Program-made: the position numbers and the translations under genes
DNA from: an uncultured Aurantimonas sp.
Lineage (GTDB): Bacteria > Pseudomonadota > Alphaproteobacteria > Rhizobiales > Rhizobiaceae
DNA: 64,000 nt
Direction of reading: 5' to 3'
Assembly: GCA_947488615.1 (NCBI GenBank)
Contig: CANKZU010000011.1
Location: 6,471-70,470, forward strand
The notes under the pieces: generated by a model
Told to the model about the DNA's origin: nothing
What the model saw: the letters and a program-made list of their open reading frames with translations, nothing else
Database searches by the model: none
Shown: positions 26,253 through 38,132 of the stretch, one piece after another
Layout of the letters: the number at the start of each line of letters is the position of its first letter
How positions within the stretch are numbered: the first letter of the stretch is position 1

Positions 26253-29093
26253 ATGATCGAAAAGACCTACGACGCCGCGGCGATCGAGCCGCGCATTGCC
26301 GAACGCTGGGAGAAGGCCGACGCCTTTCGAGCCGGGGCGGGAGCGGCCGAAGGCGCCGAAGCCTATTCGATCGTGATACCGCCGCCGAACGTGACCGGCT
26401 CGCTCCATATGGGGCATGCCCTCAACGATACGCTGCAGGACATCCTGATCCGCTTCGAGCGGATGCGCGGTAAGAACGTCCTGTGGCAACCGGGCCTCGA
26501 TCACGCCGGCATCGCCACGCAGATGGTCGTCGAGCGGCAATTGGCCGAACGCAAAGAGCCGGGCCGCCGCGACATGGGGCGCGACGCCTTCATCGATCGG
26601 GTTTGGCAATGGAAGGGCGAATCCGGCGGCACGATCCTCGACCAGCTGCGCCGGCTCGGTGCGTCCTGTGACTGGTCGCGCGAGCGCTTCACCATGGATG
26701 AGGGGCTGTCGAAGGCGGTTCTCCATGTGTTTGTGGAGCTCTATCGCAAAGGGCTGATCTATAAGGACAAGCGGCTGGTCAACTGGGACCCGAAGCTGCT
26801 GACGGCGATCTCGGATCTCGAGGTCGAGCAGAAAGAGGTGGCGGGCCACCTCTGGCATTTCCGCTATCCGCTGGCGGACGGTGCTACCTACGAACATCCC
26901 TACAATCTGGACGACGAGGGCAATCGCACCGCCTGGAAACCCTCGGACGGCGAGCCGGCGGGACACGAGACGCGCGACTATCTGGTGGTCGCGACGACGC
27001 GGCCCGAGACCATGCTGGGCGATACCGGCGTCGCCGTTCACCCGGACGACCCGCGCTACAAGGGCCTCGTCGGCAAGCATGTCATCCTGCCGCTGGTCGG
27101 CCGCCGTCTCCCCATCGTCGCCGATGACTATCCGGACCCGGAGGCCGGCACCGGCGCGGTGAAGATGACGCCGGCCCATGACTTCAACGATTTCGAGGTC
27201 GGCAAGCGTCACGATCTGCCGCAGATCAATATCCTGACAGTCGCCGCGGCAGTGATTCTGGCCGAGAATCCGGACTTTCTCGATGGCGTCGAGCCGTCGG
27301 ACGACCTCGACCGCACGATCGCCGAACTCGACGGCAAGGACCGTTTTGCCGCGCGGGACAGTATCGTGGCGATGATGGAGGAGCGAGGCTATCTCGACCG
27401 GGTCGAGAACCACGCGCATACGGTGCCGCATGGCGACCGTGGCGGCGTGCCGATCGAGCCCTTCCTGACCGACCAGTGGTATGTCGACGCCAAGACTCTG
27501 GCCGAGCCGGCGATCGCCAGCGTGCGCGAAGGCCGCACCAAATTCGTTCCGAAGAACTGGGAAAAGACCTATTTCGACTGGATGGAGAACATCCAGCCCT
27601 GGTGCATCTCGCGCCAGCTCTGGTGGGGCCACCAGATCCCGGCGTGGTACGGGCCGGACGGCGACATCTTCGTTGAAAAGAGCGAGGAGGAAGCGGTCGC
27701 CGCCGCGCTTGCCCACTACGTCATGAACGGCACGATCTCCGATGACGAAGCCAAGGCGATGGCGGCCGATCCGGCCCGCCGCGACGGCTTCCTGCATCGC
27801 GACGAGGACGTTCTCGACACCTGGTTCTCGTCGGCGCTGTGGCCGTTCTCGACGCTGGGCTGGCCGGACAAGACGCCGGAGCTCGCCACCTACTACCCGA
27901 CCAGCGTGCTGGTCACCGGCTTCGACATCATCTTCTTCTGGGTCGCCCGGATGATGATGATGGGGCTGGAATTCATGGACGAGGAGCCGTTCCACACGGT
28001 CTATGTGCATGCGCTGGTCCGCGACAAGACCGGCGCCAAGATGTCGAAGTCGAAGGGCAACGTCGTCGACCCGCTCGATCTGATCGACGAATACGGCGCC
28101 GACGCGCTGCGCTTTACGCTGGCGATCATGGCCGCCCAGGGCCGCGACGTTAAGCTCGATCCGCAGCGCATTGCCGGCTACCGCAATTTCGGCACCAAGC
28201 TCTGGAACGCCACTCGTTTTGCGGAGATGAACGGCGCGCTCCACGGCGCCGCGCTCAACCCGGCGCCGCTGACGCTGCCGCTGAACCGCTGGATCGTCAC
28301 CGAACTTGGCCGCACCATCGCCGAGACCGAAGCGGCGATCGGCGCCTACCGCTTCAACGACGCGGCGGCGACACTCTATCGCTTCGTCTGGAACCTGTTC
28401 TGCGACTGGTACGTGGAGCTCGCCAAGCCGACCCTTGGCGGAAGCGATGAGGCGGCGGCGAACGAAACCCGGATCGTCATGGGATCGGTGCTCGATCGCA
28501 TCTACGCGCTGTTGCACCCCTTCATGCCGTTCATGACAGAGGAATTGTGGGCGACGACGGCTGAGACGCGGCCGTCGTTGCTGTGTCATGCGGCCTGGCC
28601 ATCGCTCGATTTCGCCGATTCAAACGCCGCCGACGACATCAACTGGCTGATCGCCGTGGTGTCCGAGATCCGTTCGGTTCGCGCCGAAATGAACGTGCCG
28701 CCGGGGGCGCAAGCGGCGCTGTTGGCGGTTGCGCCCGACGCGGCGACTTCCGCGCGGCTCGACAGGCACGGCATGGCGCTGAAACGACTGGCCCGGCTTG
28801 CCTCGATCGGGACGAGCGATGCCGCACCCGACCAGTCCGCTCAGATCATCGTGGGCGCTGCCACATTCGCCCTGCCGCTGGCTGGCATGATCGACATAGC
28901 GTCGGAGAGGAGCCGGTTGGAGAAGGCCGAGGCCAAGGCATTGGCCGAAATCGAGCGGATCGATCGCAAGCTGTCGAACCAGAAATTCGTGGCGAATGCG
29001 CCTGAAGAGGTCGTCGAGCAAGAGCGGGAGAAACGCGAGGCCTATCGGCTCGAAGCCGAAAAGCTCGCCGCCGGACTGGAGCGGCTGCGGTAG
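26253..29093 (+). CDS. valS: Valine--tRNA ligase
   Basis: PPPNVTGSLHMGHA (HIGH), ATTRPETMLGD, WCISRQLWWGH, DVLDTWFSS and KMSKS. Confidence 0.98.
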   Translation: MIEKTYDAAAIEPRIAERWEKADAFRAGAGAAEGAEAYSIVIPPPNVTGSLHMGHALNDTLQDILIRFERMRGKNVLWQPGLDHAGIATQMVVERQLAERKEPGRRDMGRDAFIDRVWQWKGESGGTILDQLRRLGASCDWSRERFTMDEGLSKAVLHVFVELYRKGLIYKDKRLVNWDPKLLTAISDLEVEQKEVAGHLWHFRYPLADGATYEHPYNLDDEGNRTAWKPSDGEPAGHETRDYLVVATTRPETMLGDTGVAVHPDDPRYKGLVGKHVILPLVGRRLPIVADDYPDPEAGTGAVKMTPAHDFNDFEVGKRHDLPQINILTVAAAVILAENPDFLDGVEPSDDLDRTIAELDGKDRFAARDSIVAMMEERGYLDRVENHAHTVPHGDRGGVPIEPFLTDQWYVDAKTLAEPAIASVREGRTKFVPKNWEKTYFDWMENIQPWCISRQLWWGHQIPAWYGPDGDIFVEKSEEEAVAAALAHYVMNGTISDDEAKAMAADPARRDGFLHRDEDVLDTWFSSALWPFSTLGWPDKTPELATYYPTSVLVTGFDIIFFWVARMMMMGLEFMDEEPFHTVYVHALVRDKTGAKMSKSKGNVVDPLDLIDEYGADALRFTLAIMAAQGRDVKLDPQRIAGYRNFGTKLWNATRFAEMNGALHGAALNPAPLTLPLNRWIVTELGRTIAETEAAIGAYRFNDAAATLYRFVWNLFCDWYVELAKPTLGGSDEAAANETRIVMGSVLDRIYALLHPFMPFMTEELWATTAETRPSLLCHAAWPSLDFADSNAADDINWLIAVVSEIRSVRAEMNVPPGAQAALLAVAPDAATSARLDRHGMALKRLARLASIGTSDAAPDQSAQIIVGAATFALPLAGMIDIASERSRLEKAEAKALAEIERIDRKLSNQKFVANAPEEVVEQEREKREAYRLEAEKLAAGLERLR

Positions 29094-29470
29094 CCGCTGC
29101 GCGGCGAAGTTCCATTGCCCCCGATGACGGCGAATCACCTTCGCGGTCGACAGAAGCCGGGCCACGAGCCTTGTCACATTTTTGGCACGCTTTCGGTCTG
29201 AAATCTTGCCGCCTGCGGACCGAGTCGATGGTGCGCGTCGCGTCATGTCGAATCGAGTCTGCCGTGGATCAGCGGAATTTGCAGGAAATCCAACGCGTCC
29301 ACGACGATTTCTAAAGTCATGAATGACCTTCCGTTATCCTGTTGCGCGACTGCCGCAAGTTGCGCCCAGGTCTCATCAGGGCCGTTCCGTCGCTCAAATT
29401 TCTCGTTTACGTTTGCGTCAACTCCCTGGGCATAAGCTCTTTGGATACGGGAGCTTGAAACGGGGGGGCC

Positions 29471-30880
29471 ATGACGAATTTCCGAGACCTGATTGCCTGC
29501 GCATCGATCGCGAGCGTCGCACTGACGACGACGGCGATGGCCGGCGGCTTTCAGCGCGGTACGGCCGACACGGACATCCTGTATGAGTCAGGACAGTTCT
29601 CCATGCGTACGGGCGTGATCTATGTGAATCCGATGCGCGGCTTCGACTCGATCAACGGCCAGAGCGGCGATTTCGACGATTATACCGGCGACTACAATAT
29701 TCCGTCTTATGCGGTCGGATTCGGTGGCGAAGCCTTTGGATGTGCCGGCACCTATACGGAATCGTTCGCCGCGGATGGAGATTACCGAGGTTCGCCAGGA
29801 GGCGCGCTGCCTCTACAGGCGGCCGATACCCAGAGCACGTCCAACGTTGACAGGCTCGCCCTTGGGACGGCGACGGTCACGTCGCGCACGGTGGGAATCA
29901 GTTTCGACTCCGACGAATTCGGCATGACCTGCCGCGCGAGTTACGCCTCGGACTACGGACGGTTCTCCCTCTTGGGCGGTCTCTTCGTCGAGAACTTCGA
30001 GTTTCAAGGTCAAAGTCTCGGCCAGCGCAGGCTCGATTCCGCCTTCGCCGGCACTCCCGTGGGCGCGGCACTCGCGGCCACCGGCTCGTCGCTGTTCCTG
30101 CCGACCTTTGCCGACGTGGATGTCCGTGGCGAGTTTCAGACCGGTTTCCGGGTCGGCGCCGCCTACGAAAAGCCGGAAATCGCTTTGCGGGTTCAGGTGC
30201 TATACCGCTCCGAGGTGGAGCACGATGCTGTCAGCGGCACCGGCACGGTGACCATCACCGACACGGCGTTCGTCCAGCTTGCCAACGGCACGACCGCGTC
30301 GGTTCCGACGGTCTTCGGGCCGGCCGCTCCGCTTATCACCGGCGCCTTACCGCCGGCCGGGACGGTGCTCCCGGCGACCTCAACCCTAAGCTCGGTGACC
30401 AGCCCGCAAAGCCTCTACATCAACGCTCAGACCGGCATCGCGGAGGGTACGCTGCTGCTCGCGGCGTTCCGCTGGACCGACTGGAGCACCAACGAGGCGG
30501 TCGTCAGCACGTTCACGACGCCCAATCCGCGCGGCGGTCCGCCGACCGTTTCCTCCAGCTACGCGCCCTACAATTGGCGCGACGGTTACACCGCCTCGAT
30601 CGGCATCGGCCGCGCCTTCAACGAGCAGATCGCCGGCGCGATTTCGATCGGCTATGACAGGGGTGTTTCGACCGGCTCGGAAACGACCTACACCGACCTT
30701 TATACGGTGTCGGGCGGCGTTTCGTTCAAGGCCAACAAGTGGAGCGAGATCCGTGTTGGCGGACTGGTTGGCTACTGGACCGACGGCGCGCAGTCGATCA
30801 GCGACGGCGCCTATTTCAACGGCACTGTCGGCGACGACGTCGTGCTGGCTGGAAATGCTTCGATCAAGCTGAATTTCTGA
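29471..30880 (+). CDS. OmpP1/FadL family outer membrane transporter
   Basis: Signal peptide ending AMA-GGF, beta-strand-rich, WTDWS and YNWRDG motifs, terminal Phe (IKLNF). Confidence 0.8.
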   Translation: MTNFRDLIACASIASVALTTTAMAGGFQRGTADTDILYESGQFSMRTGVIYVNPMRGFDSINGQSGDFDDYTGDYNIPSYAVGFGGEAFGCAGTYTESFAADGDYRGSPGGALPLQAADTQSTSNVDRLALGTATVTSRTVGISFDSDEFGMTCRASYASDYGRFSLLGGLFVENFEFQGQSLGQRRLDSAFAGTPVGAALAATGSSLFLPTFADVDVRGEFQTGFRVGAAYEKPEIALRVQVLYRSEVEHDAVSGTGTVTITDTAFVQLANGTTASVPTVFGPAAPLITGALPPAGTVLPATSTLSSVTSPQSLYINAQTGIAEGTLLLAAFRWTDWSTNEAVVSTFTTPNPRGGPPTVSSSYAPYNWRDGYTASIGIGRAFNEQIAGAISIGYDRGVSTGSETTYTDLYTVSGGVSFKANKWSEIRVGGLVGYWTDGAQSISDGAYFNGTVGDDVVLAGNASIKLNF

Positions 30881-30932
30881 CCTCGGGCCGGAGCTTTCCA
30901 TAGGGCTCCAAGGCAAGAGCAAACTGGATGAA

Positions 30933-30958
30933 GGGCGCGTCCGATGGGCGCGCCTTTT
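30933..30958 (+). terminator. Intrinsic terminator after the OmpP1/FadL gene
   Basis: GGCGCGTCC-GAT-GGGCGCGCC-TTTT. Confidence 0.6.
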
Positions 30959-31144
30959 CGCGCTGGGCGGTCGTCATCCGCTGCGCGAAATCGGCGCTGT
31001 GGGATCGCGGCAACACTATTGCAGGAGTGCATCGATTATAGTCGCCGGCGACACACAACGCCCCGTTGCCGCCACAAAACGCCGTCACCTCCACGGGTGC
31101 GGCCTGGGTCCGGCCGCGCGGCGGGTAAAGAGTACGAGGGGACG

Positions 31145-32869
31145 ATGGACGCGCACGCAATCAACAAGAACAAGCTGCCCAGCCGGCATGTGACGGAGGG
31201 TCCGTCGCGGGCACCGCACCGCTCGTATCTTTACGCCATGGGCCTGACCAAAGAGGAAATCCATCAGCCGCTGGTCGGCGTCGCCTCTTGCTGGAATGAA
31301 GCCGCGCCGTGCAACATCTCGCTGATGCGCCAGGCGCAAGTGGTCAAGAAGGGCGTCACGGCCGCAAAGGGAACGCCGCGCGAATTCTGTACCATCACCG
31401 TCACCGACGGCATCGCCATGGGCCATCAGGGCATGAAGGCATCGCTGGTCTCGCGCGACCTGATCGCCGACTCGGTCGAGCTGACCATGCGCGGTCACGC
31501 CTATGACGCGCTGGTCGGTCTGGCCGGTTGCGACAAGTCGCTGCCGGGGATGATGATGTCGATGGTGCGTCTGAACGTGCCCTCCGTGTTCATCTATGGC
31601 GGCTCGATCCTGCCTGGAACGTTCCGGGGCCAGCAGGTGACGGTGCAGGACATGTTCGAGGCGGTGGGCAAGCATTCCGTCGGCGAGATGTCCGACGCCG
31701 ACCTCGACGAAATCGAGCAGGTCGCCTGTCCATCGGCCGGTTCCTGCGGCGCGCAGTTCACCGCCAACACCATGGCGACCGTGGCCGAGGCGATCGGCCT
31801 GGCGCTGCCCTATTCCTGCGGCGCCCCGGCGCCTTACGAAATTCGCGACAAGTTCTGCTATGCCTCCGGCGAGATCGTCATGGAACTCCTCGCCCGCAAC
31901 ATCCGGCCGCGCGACATCGTAACGAGAAAGGCGCTGGAGAACGCCGCGGCGGTGGTCGCGGCCTCGGGCGGCTCCACCAACGCGGCGCTGCATCTGCCGG
32001 CGATCGCCCACGAATGCGGCATCGAATTCGATTTGTTCGACGTCGCCGAGATCTTCAAGAAGACCCCCTATGTGGCCGATCTGAAACCGGGCGGCCGCTA
32101 CGTCGCCAAGGACATGTTCGAGGCCGGCGGTATTCCGCTGTTGATGAAGACGCTGCTCGAGCACGGCTATCTGCACGGCGATTGCCTGACCGTCACTGGC
32201 CGCACCATCGCCGAGAACATGGCGAAGGTCGCCTGGAATCCGAACCAGGACGTCGTCCGTCCGGCCGACAAGCCGATCACGGTGACCGGCGGCGTGGTGG
32301 GCCTCAAGGGCAATCTCGCACCCGATGGCGCGATCGTGAAGGTCGCCGGCATGAAGAACCTGAAGTTCTCCGGCCCGGCGCGCTGCTTCGATTCTGAGGA
32401 ACTCGCTTTCGAGGCCGTCTCCAAGCGCCAATACAAGGAAGGCGAGGTTCTCGTCATCCGCTACGAAGGGCCGAAGGGTGGTCCGGGTATGCGCGAGATG
32501 CTGTCGACGACGGCGGCCTTGTACGGGCAGGGCATGGGCGACAAGGTCGCGCTGATCACCGACGGTCGGTTTTCCGGCGCAACGCGCGGCTTCTGCGTCG
32601 GCCATGTCGGCCCGGAAGCGGCCGTCTGTGGCCCGATCGCCCTACTGCGGGACGGCGACATCATCACCATCGACGCGGTCGACGGCACACTGGACGTGGG
32701 CCTGTCGGATGACGATATGAAACAGCGGGCAGAGGGCTGGCAATCACGGGAGACCGACTTCCAGTCCGGCGCCATCTGGAAATATGCGGAGCTGGTAGGA
32801 ACGGCGCGCCACGGCGCGGTGACCCATCCCGGCGGAGCCGCCGAAAAACAGTGCTATGCGGACGTCTAG
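31145..32869 (+). CDS. ilvD: Dihydroxy-acid dehydratase
   Basis: [57 protein letters not shown] and ITDGRFSG. Confidence 0.96.
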   Translation: MDAHAINKNKLPSRHVTEGPSRAPHRSYLYAMGLTKEEIHQPLVGVASCWNEAAPCNISLMRQAQVVKKGVTAAKGTPREFCTITVTDGIAMGHQGMKASLVSRDLIADSVELTMRGHAYDALVGLAGCDKSLPGMMMSMVRLNVPSVFIYGGSILPGTFRGQQVTVQDMFEAVGKHSVGEMSDADLDEIEQVACPSAGSCGAQFTANTMATVAEAIGLALPYSCGAPAPYEIRDKFCYASGEIVMELLARNIRPRDIVTRKALENAAAVVAASGGSTNAALHLPAIAHECGIEFDLFDVAEIFKKTPYVADLKPGGRYVAKDMFEAGGIPLLMKTLLEHGYLHGDCLTVTGRTIAENMAKVAWNPNQDVVRPADKPITVTGGVVGLKGNLAPDGAIVKVAGMKNLKFSGPARCFDSEELAFEAVSKRQYKEGEVLVIRYEGPKGGPGMREMLSTTAALYGQGMGDKVALITDGRFSGATRGFCVGHVGPEAAVCGPIALLRDGDIITIDAVDGTLDVGLSDDDMKQRAEGWQSRETDFQSGAIWKYAELVGTARHGAVTHPGGAAEKQCYADV

Positions 32870-33689
32870 ACTGATCCTTTCGGTTGCGCTTGTCGCCACG
32901 GCTCTGGCCGGAGGCGGCGGGCGGAGCCTTGCTCTCGATCCGGCGGCGAAGGTCGATCCTGACGCCGGCTCGCTGGAGCTGTTCTCCTTCGGCTTCAAGG
33001 CCTATCAGCGCGGCGAGAAGCTGGAGGCGTTCGAGGCATTGCGCTTCGCCGCCGACAAGGGACATCCGGGCGCGCGCTGGAAGCTCGGCAAGATGTATGC
33101 CGACGGCGACGGTGTTCCGGAGAACGATTACGAGGCCTACAAGATCTTCGAGCAGATCGTCCGCGAACAGGACGAGGATGGCGGGAGCTTCTCCAACGCC
33201 GCTTATGTCTCGAGCGCCGTCGTGGCGCTGGCCGACTACCTTCGACGAGGGATCGTCAACAGTCCGGTCGCGGTCGATCTGCCGCGCGCCCGCCAGTTCT
33301 ATTTTCACGCCGCCTCGTTCTTTGGCGACGCCAGGGCGCAGTTCGAACTCGGTCGCATGACCCTTCACGGCGAGGGCGGCAAGGCCAATCCGCGTCAGGC
33401 GGCACGTTGGCTGAAGCTCTCGGCCGACAAAGGACATGTCGGGGCGCAGGCATTGCTGGGCTATTTGCTCTTCGACGGGCAGAAGATTTCGCTCGCCGCC
33501 GCGCCGGTGCGCGGGTTGGCGATGCTGACCATCGCGCTGAGACGGGCATCACCACCGGATCAGGAATGGATTCGCGGGCTCCAGGAAGAGGCGTTCTCCC
33601 TGGCTTCGGAAGCCGACAGGCGTACGGCGCTGGCCTATGCCGAGCAGCAGATGGCATCTGCCGCCGAGGTTGTCAGCACCAAGAACTGA
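32856..33689 (+). CDS. exoR: Sel1-repeat periplasmic regulator ExoR
   Basis: Signal peptide. [54 protein letters not shown] and QEEAFSLA. Sits next to xth, as rhizobial exoR does. Confidence 0.82.
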   Translation: MRTSRLILSVALVATALAGGGGRSLALDPAAKVDPDAGSLELFSFGFKAYQRGEKLEAFEALRFAADKGHPGARWKLGKMYADGDGVPENDYEAYKIFEQIVREQDEDGGSFSNAAYVSSAVVALADYLRRGIVNSPVAVDLPRARQFYFHAASFFGDARAQFELGRMTLHGEGGKANPRQAARWLKLSADKGHVGAQALLGYLLFDGQKISLAAAPVRGLAMLTIALRRASPPDQEWIRGLQEEAFSLASEADRRTALAYAEQQMASAAEVVSTKN

Positions 33690-33725
33690 GCGTTTCCGCG
33701 CGACCGCATGGAATCGCTGGCGCTT

Positions 33726-34520
33726 TTACGATCCAGCCTGATCGGCGAGTTCGATGACGACCGGGACGTGGTCGGACGGCCTTTCCCAAGCCCGAACATG
33801 CTTGTCGACGCCGACGGAGACGAGTCGCTCCTGTGCCTCCGGCGACAGCAGCAGATGGTCGATGCGGATGCCGTTTTTCTTCTGCCAGGCACCGGCCTGA
33901 TAGTCCCAGAACGTGTAGGTGCCGTCCGCGTCGGTCGAGGCGCGCAGGGCATCGGTCAGGCCGAGATTCATCAGGCGCCGGAAGGCGGCGCGGCTTTCCG
34001 GCTGAAACAGCGCGTCGCCGACCCAGTTGTCCGGAAACGCCGCGTCGGCGCGCTGGGGAATGACGTTGTAGTCGCCGGCGAGCACAAGCGGCTCCTCGCG
34101 CTCCAGCGCGGCCCGTGCGTGAGCGATCAATCGCTCCATCCAGGCAAGCTTGTAGGCGAATTTCGGCGTGTCGATCGGGTTGCCGTTCGGCAGGTAGAGC
34201 GAGGCGACACGGAACGGGCCGCTGTCAGTCTCCCAAATGCCTTCGATGTAACGCGCATGTTCGTCGGTATCGTCTCCCGGCAGGCCGCGATCAACCGCGG
34301 TCGGCGCCGTCTTCGAGAGCAGGGCGACGCCGTTGAAACCCTTTTGACCGTGGGTTTCGACGTGGTAGCCGCGCTCCTCGATGGCCTGGCGCGGGAAATT
34401 CTCGTCGACGCTCTTGATCTCCTGCAGGCAGGCAATGTCCGGCGAACGCTCGTTGAGCCAGGCGAGGAGGGCGTCGAGGCGGGCCTTGACGCCGTTGATG
34501 TTCCAGGTGGCGATCAGCAT
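33726..34520 (-). CDS. xth: Exodeoxyribonuclease III
   Basis: IATWNINGV, CLQEIK, YLPNGNP, LAGDYN, GIRIDHLLLS and PSDHVPV. Confidence 0.95.
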   Translation of the reverse strand: MLIATWNINGVKARLDALLAWLNERSPDIACLQEIKSVDENFPRQAIEERGYHVETHGQKGFNGVALLSKTAPTAVDRGLPGDDTDEHARYIEGIWETDSGPFRVASLYLPNGNPIDTPKFAYKLAWMERLIAHARAALEREEPLVLAGDYNVIPQRADAAFPDNWVGDALFQPESRAAFRRLMNLGLTDALRASTDADGTYTFWDYQAGAWQKKNGIRIDHLLLSPEAQERLVSVGVDKHVRAWERPSDHVPVVIELADQAGS

Positions 34521-34529
34521 CCCAGGTGG

Positions 34530-34871
34530 TCAGACGGTGAAGCTGGTGCCGCAGCCGCATGACGCGACGGCGTTGGGGTTGCGGATCTGGAAGGACTGAC
34601 CCATCAGATCATCGACGAAATCGACGACCGCGCCTTCCATATAGGCGAGCGAGACCTGATCGATCAGAACGCGCGCGCCGTCCCGCTCCAGAACCAGATC
34701 GTCGTCCTCGCGCCCGCTGGTGAGGTCGTATTTGTAGGAAAAGCCCGAGCAGCCGCCGCCTTCCACAGAAATTCGCAAGGAGTCGGCGTCATCGGTCTTC
34801 GAGAGGATCGCCGCGATGCGCCGGGCGGCGGCATCGGAGACGGTGACGGTATGGGGCGCTGTTTGGCTCAT
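34530..34871 (-). CDS. erpA: A-type iron-sulfur cluster carrier (ErpA/IscA/HesB)
   Basis: [29 protein letters not shown]. Confidence 0.92.
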   Translation of the reverse strand: MSQTAPHTVTVSDAAARRIAAILSKTDDADSLRISVEGGGCSGFSYKYDLTSGREDDDLVLERDGARVLIDQVSLAYMEGAVVDFVDDLMGQSFQIRNPNAVASCGCGTSFTV

Positions 34872-34977
34872 CTTGGCGTCCGGCGCGGGTCAATTGGCCG
34901 CGCCGCTCCTTGTTCGAGAACTGCCACTTAAGTATGGACCGGGACGAAGCCGGTCAATCGGGACGGATCGTTTCCGC

Positions 34978-36192
34978 ATGGATGAGACAGATTTCGCGCG
35001 GATTGGAATGGGGGGCTTGGGTCGCGCCGCCTATGCCGTACGGCCGGAACGCTCTCGCGGCCGGCTCTTCACCGAGCCCTCAAGCCCGACCCGCACGCCC
35101 TACCAGCGCGACCGCGATCGGATCGTCCACTCCACGGCGTTTCGCCGGCTGAGCCACAAGACGCAGGTTTTCGTCGCCGACGAAGGGGATCATTTCCGCA
35201 CGCGGCTGACCCATACGATCGAGGTGTCGCAGATCGCCCGCGCCTTTGCCCGCGCGCTCCGGCTCGATGAGGATTTGACCGAGGCGATCGCGCTGGTTCA
35301 CGATTTCGGTCACACGCCCTTTGGCCATGCCGGCGAGCGGGCGCTCGATCGTCGGATGCGGGACTTTGGCGGCTTCGACCACAACGCCCAGTCGCTCAGG
35401 ATCGTCACGGCGCTCGAACGCCGTTATGCCGAATTCGACGGGCTGAACCTTGCATGGGAAACGCTCGAAGGGTTGGTCAAGCATAACGGCCCGCTGGTTG
35501 GTCCGAATGCTCCCAAGCAAGCCCCGGTGCCGAAGCCGATCGCCGATTTCGACGCGCTGTTTCCGCTCGATCTCGGCGGCTTCGCGAGCCTCGAGGCGCA
35601 GGCGGCGGCGATCTCCGACGACATCGCCTATAATACCCACGATCTGGACGATGGATTGCGGGCCGGTCTCATCGACATCGCCGATCTCGGTGAACTGGAA
35701 TTGGCGGGATCGATCCTCGACGATGTCCGGGCGATCTATCCCGGACTCGACCATGGCCGAATGGCTCACGAAATCCTGCGCCGCCACATCACCCGGATGG
35801 TCGAGGACGTGATCGGGACCGCGCTCGCGGGCCTTGAGGGGCTGGCGCCGTCCTGCGCGCAAGCGGTGCGCGTGGCCGAGCGACCGTTCGTCACCTTTTC
35901 GCCGCCGATGGACCGGGCGGTGAAGCAGACCAGGGAGTTCCTGTTTCAGCGCGTCTATCGGAACGATCACGTCATGCGCGTCATGCAGACCGCCGAGGGG
36001 ATCGTCGAGGATCTGTTCGCGCGTCTGTTCGAACGACCTGACCTGATGCCGGGTGAGTGGAGCCGAAATGTTGATCGTCTGCCGGAGGAGAAGCGGGCGC
36101 GCCGGGTCGCGGATTATTTGTCCGGGATGACCGACACATACGCCTTGAGCGCGCATCGGCGCCTGTTTGACGCGACGCCGCAATTGCGTTAG
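34978..36192 (+). CDS. dgt: Deoxyguanosinetriphosphate triphosphohydrolase (HD domain)
   Basis: [57 protein letters not shown] and DYLSGMTD. The start is uncertain (34978 or 35008). Confidence 0.92.
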   Translation: MDETDFARIGMGGLGRAAYAVRPERSRGRLFTEPSSPTRTPYQRDRDRIVHSTAFRRLSHKTQVFVADEGDHFRTRLTHTIEVSQIARAFARALRLDEDLTEAIALVHDFGHTPFGHAGERALDRRMRDFGGFDHNAQSLRIVTALERRYAEFDGLNLAWETLEGLVKHNGPLVGPNAPKQAPVPKPIADFDALFPLDLGGFASLEAQAAAISDDIAYNTHDLDDGLRAGLIDIADLGELELAGSILDDVRAIYPGLDHGRMAHEILRRHITRMVEDVIGTALAGLEGLAPSCAQAVRVAERPFVTFSPPMDRAVKQTREFLFQRVYRNDHVMRVMQTAEGIVEDLFARLFERPDLMPGEWSRNVDRLPEEKRARRVADYLSGMTDTYALSAHRRLFDATPQLR

Positions 36193-36296
36193 CCGGCCAT
36201 TCCTCTTTACACAGCAGACGGTAAGACGCCCGGGCCGCGAACGCAGTCACCGGGCGCGCGGCCATTTCGGCCCGCCGGAACCAGTCGAGGCCAAGC

Positions 36297-38048
36297 ATGA
36301 ACATTTTCGCCGATTTCGAAGATCGGGTGAGAAAAGCGGTCGAAGCGATTCTGTCGGAACGCGAAACCGCCTTACCCGATCTGTCGCGGGTAACGGTGGA
36401 GCCGCCGCGCGACGCGAGCCATGGCGATCTTGCCACCAACGCGGCGATGGTCCTGGCCAAGCCGCTCGGCGTCAAACCGCGCGAACTGGCGACCGAGATC
36501 GCGGCGCGCCTCGCCCGTGACCCGGACGTCGCGACCGCCGAGGTCGCCGGGCCAGGCTTTATCAATCTCAGACTCGATCCGGGATTTTGGACCGGGCATC
36601 TCGCGGCCATTTTGAAAGCCGGCGGCGATTACGGCCGGGGGCCGCGGACTGGCCGCAAGGTGAACGTCGAATATGTCTCGGCCAACCCGACCGGTCCGAT
36701 GCATGTCGGCCATTGCCGCGGCGCTGTGGTTGGCGACACCATCGCCAACATCATGGCTTTTGCCGGCGACACGGTCACACGCGAATACTACATCAACGAT
36801 GCCGGCGAGCAGGTGAACGTGCTCGCCCGTTCGGCCTTTTTGCGTTACCGTGAGGCGCTGGGCGAGACAATCGGCGACATCCCGCCGGGACTATATCCCG
36901 GCGACTATCTCAAGCCGGTCGGCGAAGCGTTGAAGGCGGAATTCTCAGATCGGTTGCTGACGATGGACGAGATCGAGTGGCTGCCGCTCGTCCGCGATCG
37001 CGCGATCGACGCGATGATGGCGATGATCCGGGCCGATCTCAAACTGCTCGGCATCGAACACGAGGAGTTCTTTTCCGAACGAACTCTGCACGCCGACAAT
37101 GGTGGAAAGATCGCCTCGGCGATCGAAGATCTGCGGGCCAAGGGCTACATCTACCAAGGCACGTTGCCGCCGCCCAAGGGCCAGGCGCCGGAGGATTGGG
37201 AGGACCGCGAGCAGACCTTGCTTCGTTCCACCGAGGTCGGCGACGATCAGGACCGGCCGCTGGTGAAGTCTGATGGCCGCTACACCTATTTCGCCGCCGA
37301 TGTCGCCTATTTCCGCGAAAAGTTCGAGCGTGGCTTCGAGGAGATGGTCTACATCCTCGGCGCCGACCACGGCGGCTACGTCAAGCGGCTCGAAGCGGTC
37401 GCGAAGGCGATTTCCGGCGGAGCGGCTGAGATCGACGTCGTGCTGTGCCAGCTCGTGAAGCTGTTCCGCGACGGTGAGCCGGTGCGCATGTCGAAGCGCT
37501 CGGGCGACTTCGTGACGCTCGCCGAAGTGGTCGAGGAGGTCGGCCGCGACCCGGTTCGTTTCATGATGCTGTTTAGAAAGAGCGACGCGCCGCTCGACTT
37601 CGACTTCCAGAAGGTGACCGAGCAGTCCAAGGACAACCCCGTCTTTTACGTGCAGTATGCCCACGCCCGCTCGGCGGCGATCTTTCGCCAGTCAGCGGAG
37701 GTCGGCGTGCAACTGCCCGAATTCCGGACACTCGATGCCAGCGTTCTCGCAGGGCTTTCGGATGAGGGTGAACTGGCGCTGATTCGCAAGCTCGCCGAGT
37801 TCCCACGGCTCGTCAAAGCCGCGGCTGAGGCCAAGGAACCACACCGCCTGGCCTTTTATCTCTACGACCTCGCCTCGGCCTTCCACAGCCAGTACAATCG
37901 CGGCAAGGACTTTCCGGCCTTACGCTTTGTTAACTCTGACGACGGCATGATAACGCAAGCGCGACTGGCGCTGGTCAAGGCTGTAGCGGTCGTTCTCGAA
38001 ACCGGACTCGGCTTGATCGGTGCCGACGCACCGGAAGAAATGCGCTGA
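36297..38048 (+). CDS. argS: Arginine--tRNA ligase
   Basis: [39 protein letters not shown] and YVQYAHAR. Confidence 0.98.
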   Translation: MNIFADFEDRVRKAVEAILSERETALPDLSRVTVEPPRDASHGDLATNAAMVLAKPLGVKPRELATEIAARLARDPDVATAEVAGPGFINLRLDPGFWTGHLAAILKAGGDYGRGPRTGRKVNVEYVSANPTGPMHVGHCRGAVVGDTIANIMAFAGDTVTREYYINDAGEQVNVLARSAFLRYREALGETIGDIPPGLYPGDYLKPVGEALKAEFSDRLLTMDEIEWLPLVRDRAIDAMMAMIRADLKLLGIEHEEFFSERTLHADNGGKIASAIEDLRAKGYIYQGTLPPPKGQAPEDWEDREQTLLRSTEVGDDQDRPLVKSDGRYTYFAADVAYFREKFERGFEEMVYILGADHGGYVKRLEAVAKAISGGAAEIDVVLCQLVKLFRDGEPVRMSKRSGDFVTLAEVVEEVGRDPVRFMMLFRKSDAPLDFDFQKVTEQSKDNPVFYVQYAHARSAAIFRQSAEVGVQLPEFRTLDASVLAGLSDEGELALIRKLAEFPRLVKAAAEAKEPHRLAFYLYDLASAFHSQYNRGKDFPALRFVNSDDGMITQARLALVKAVAVVLETGLGLIGADAPEEMR

Positions 38049-38132
38049 TTCATCACGCTTTGGTCAAGTTCCTCTCCTAGCGGTTGATGACAGGGGCCGG
38101 CAGCCTCCGGAATGAGGGGAAGGGCAGGGGAT

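Noticed and set aside
26870-26990. Insertion in the ValS editing domain (EHPYNLDDEG...HETRDY)
   Set aside because: Variable insertions at this point are, as I recall, common in rhizobial ValRS. There is no intein or mobile signature.
25863-28589. 908-aa antisense ORF, and similar long antisense ORFs at 31085-32605, 53666-55210 and 59696-61021
   Set aside because: They are shadow frames of valS, ilvD, secDF and tig caused by high-GC codon bias, and have no recognisable motifs.
29183-29197. Sigma54 promoter upstream of the OmpP1/FadL gene
   Set aside because: TGGCAC (-24) is present, but the -12 TTGC is absent at the required spacing.
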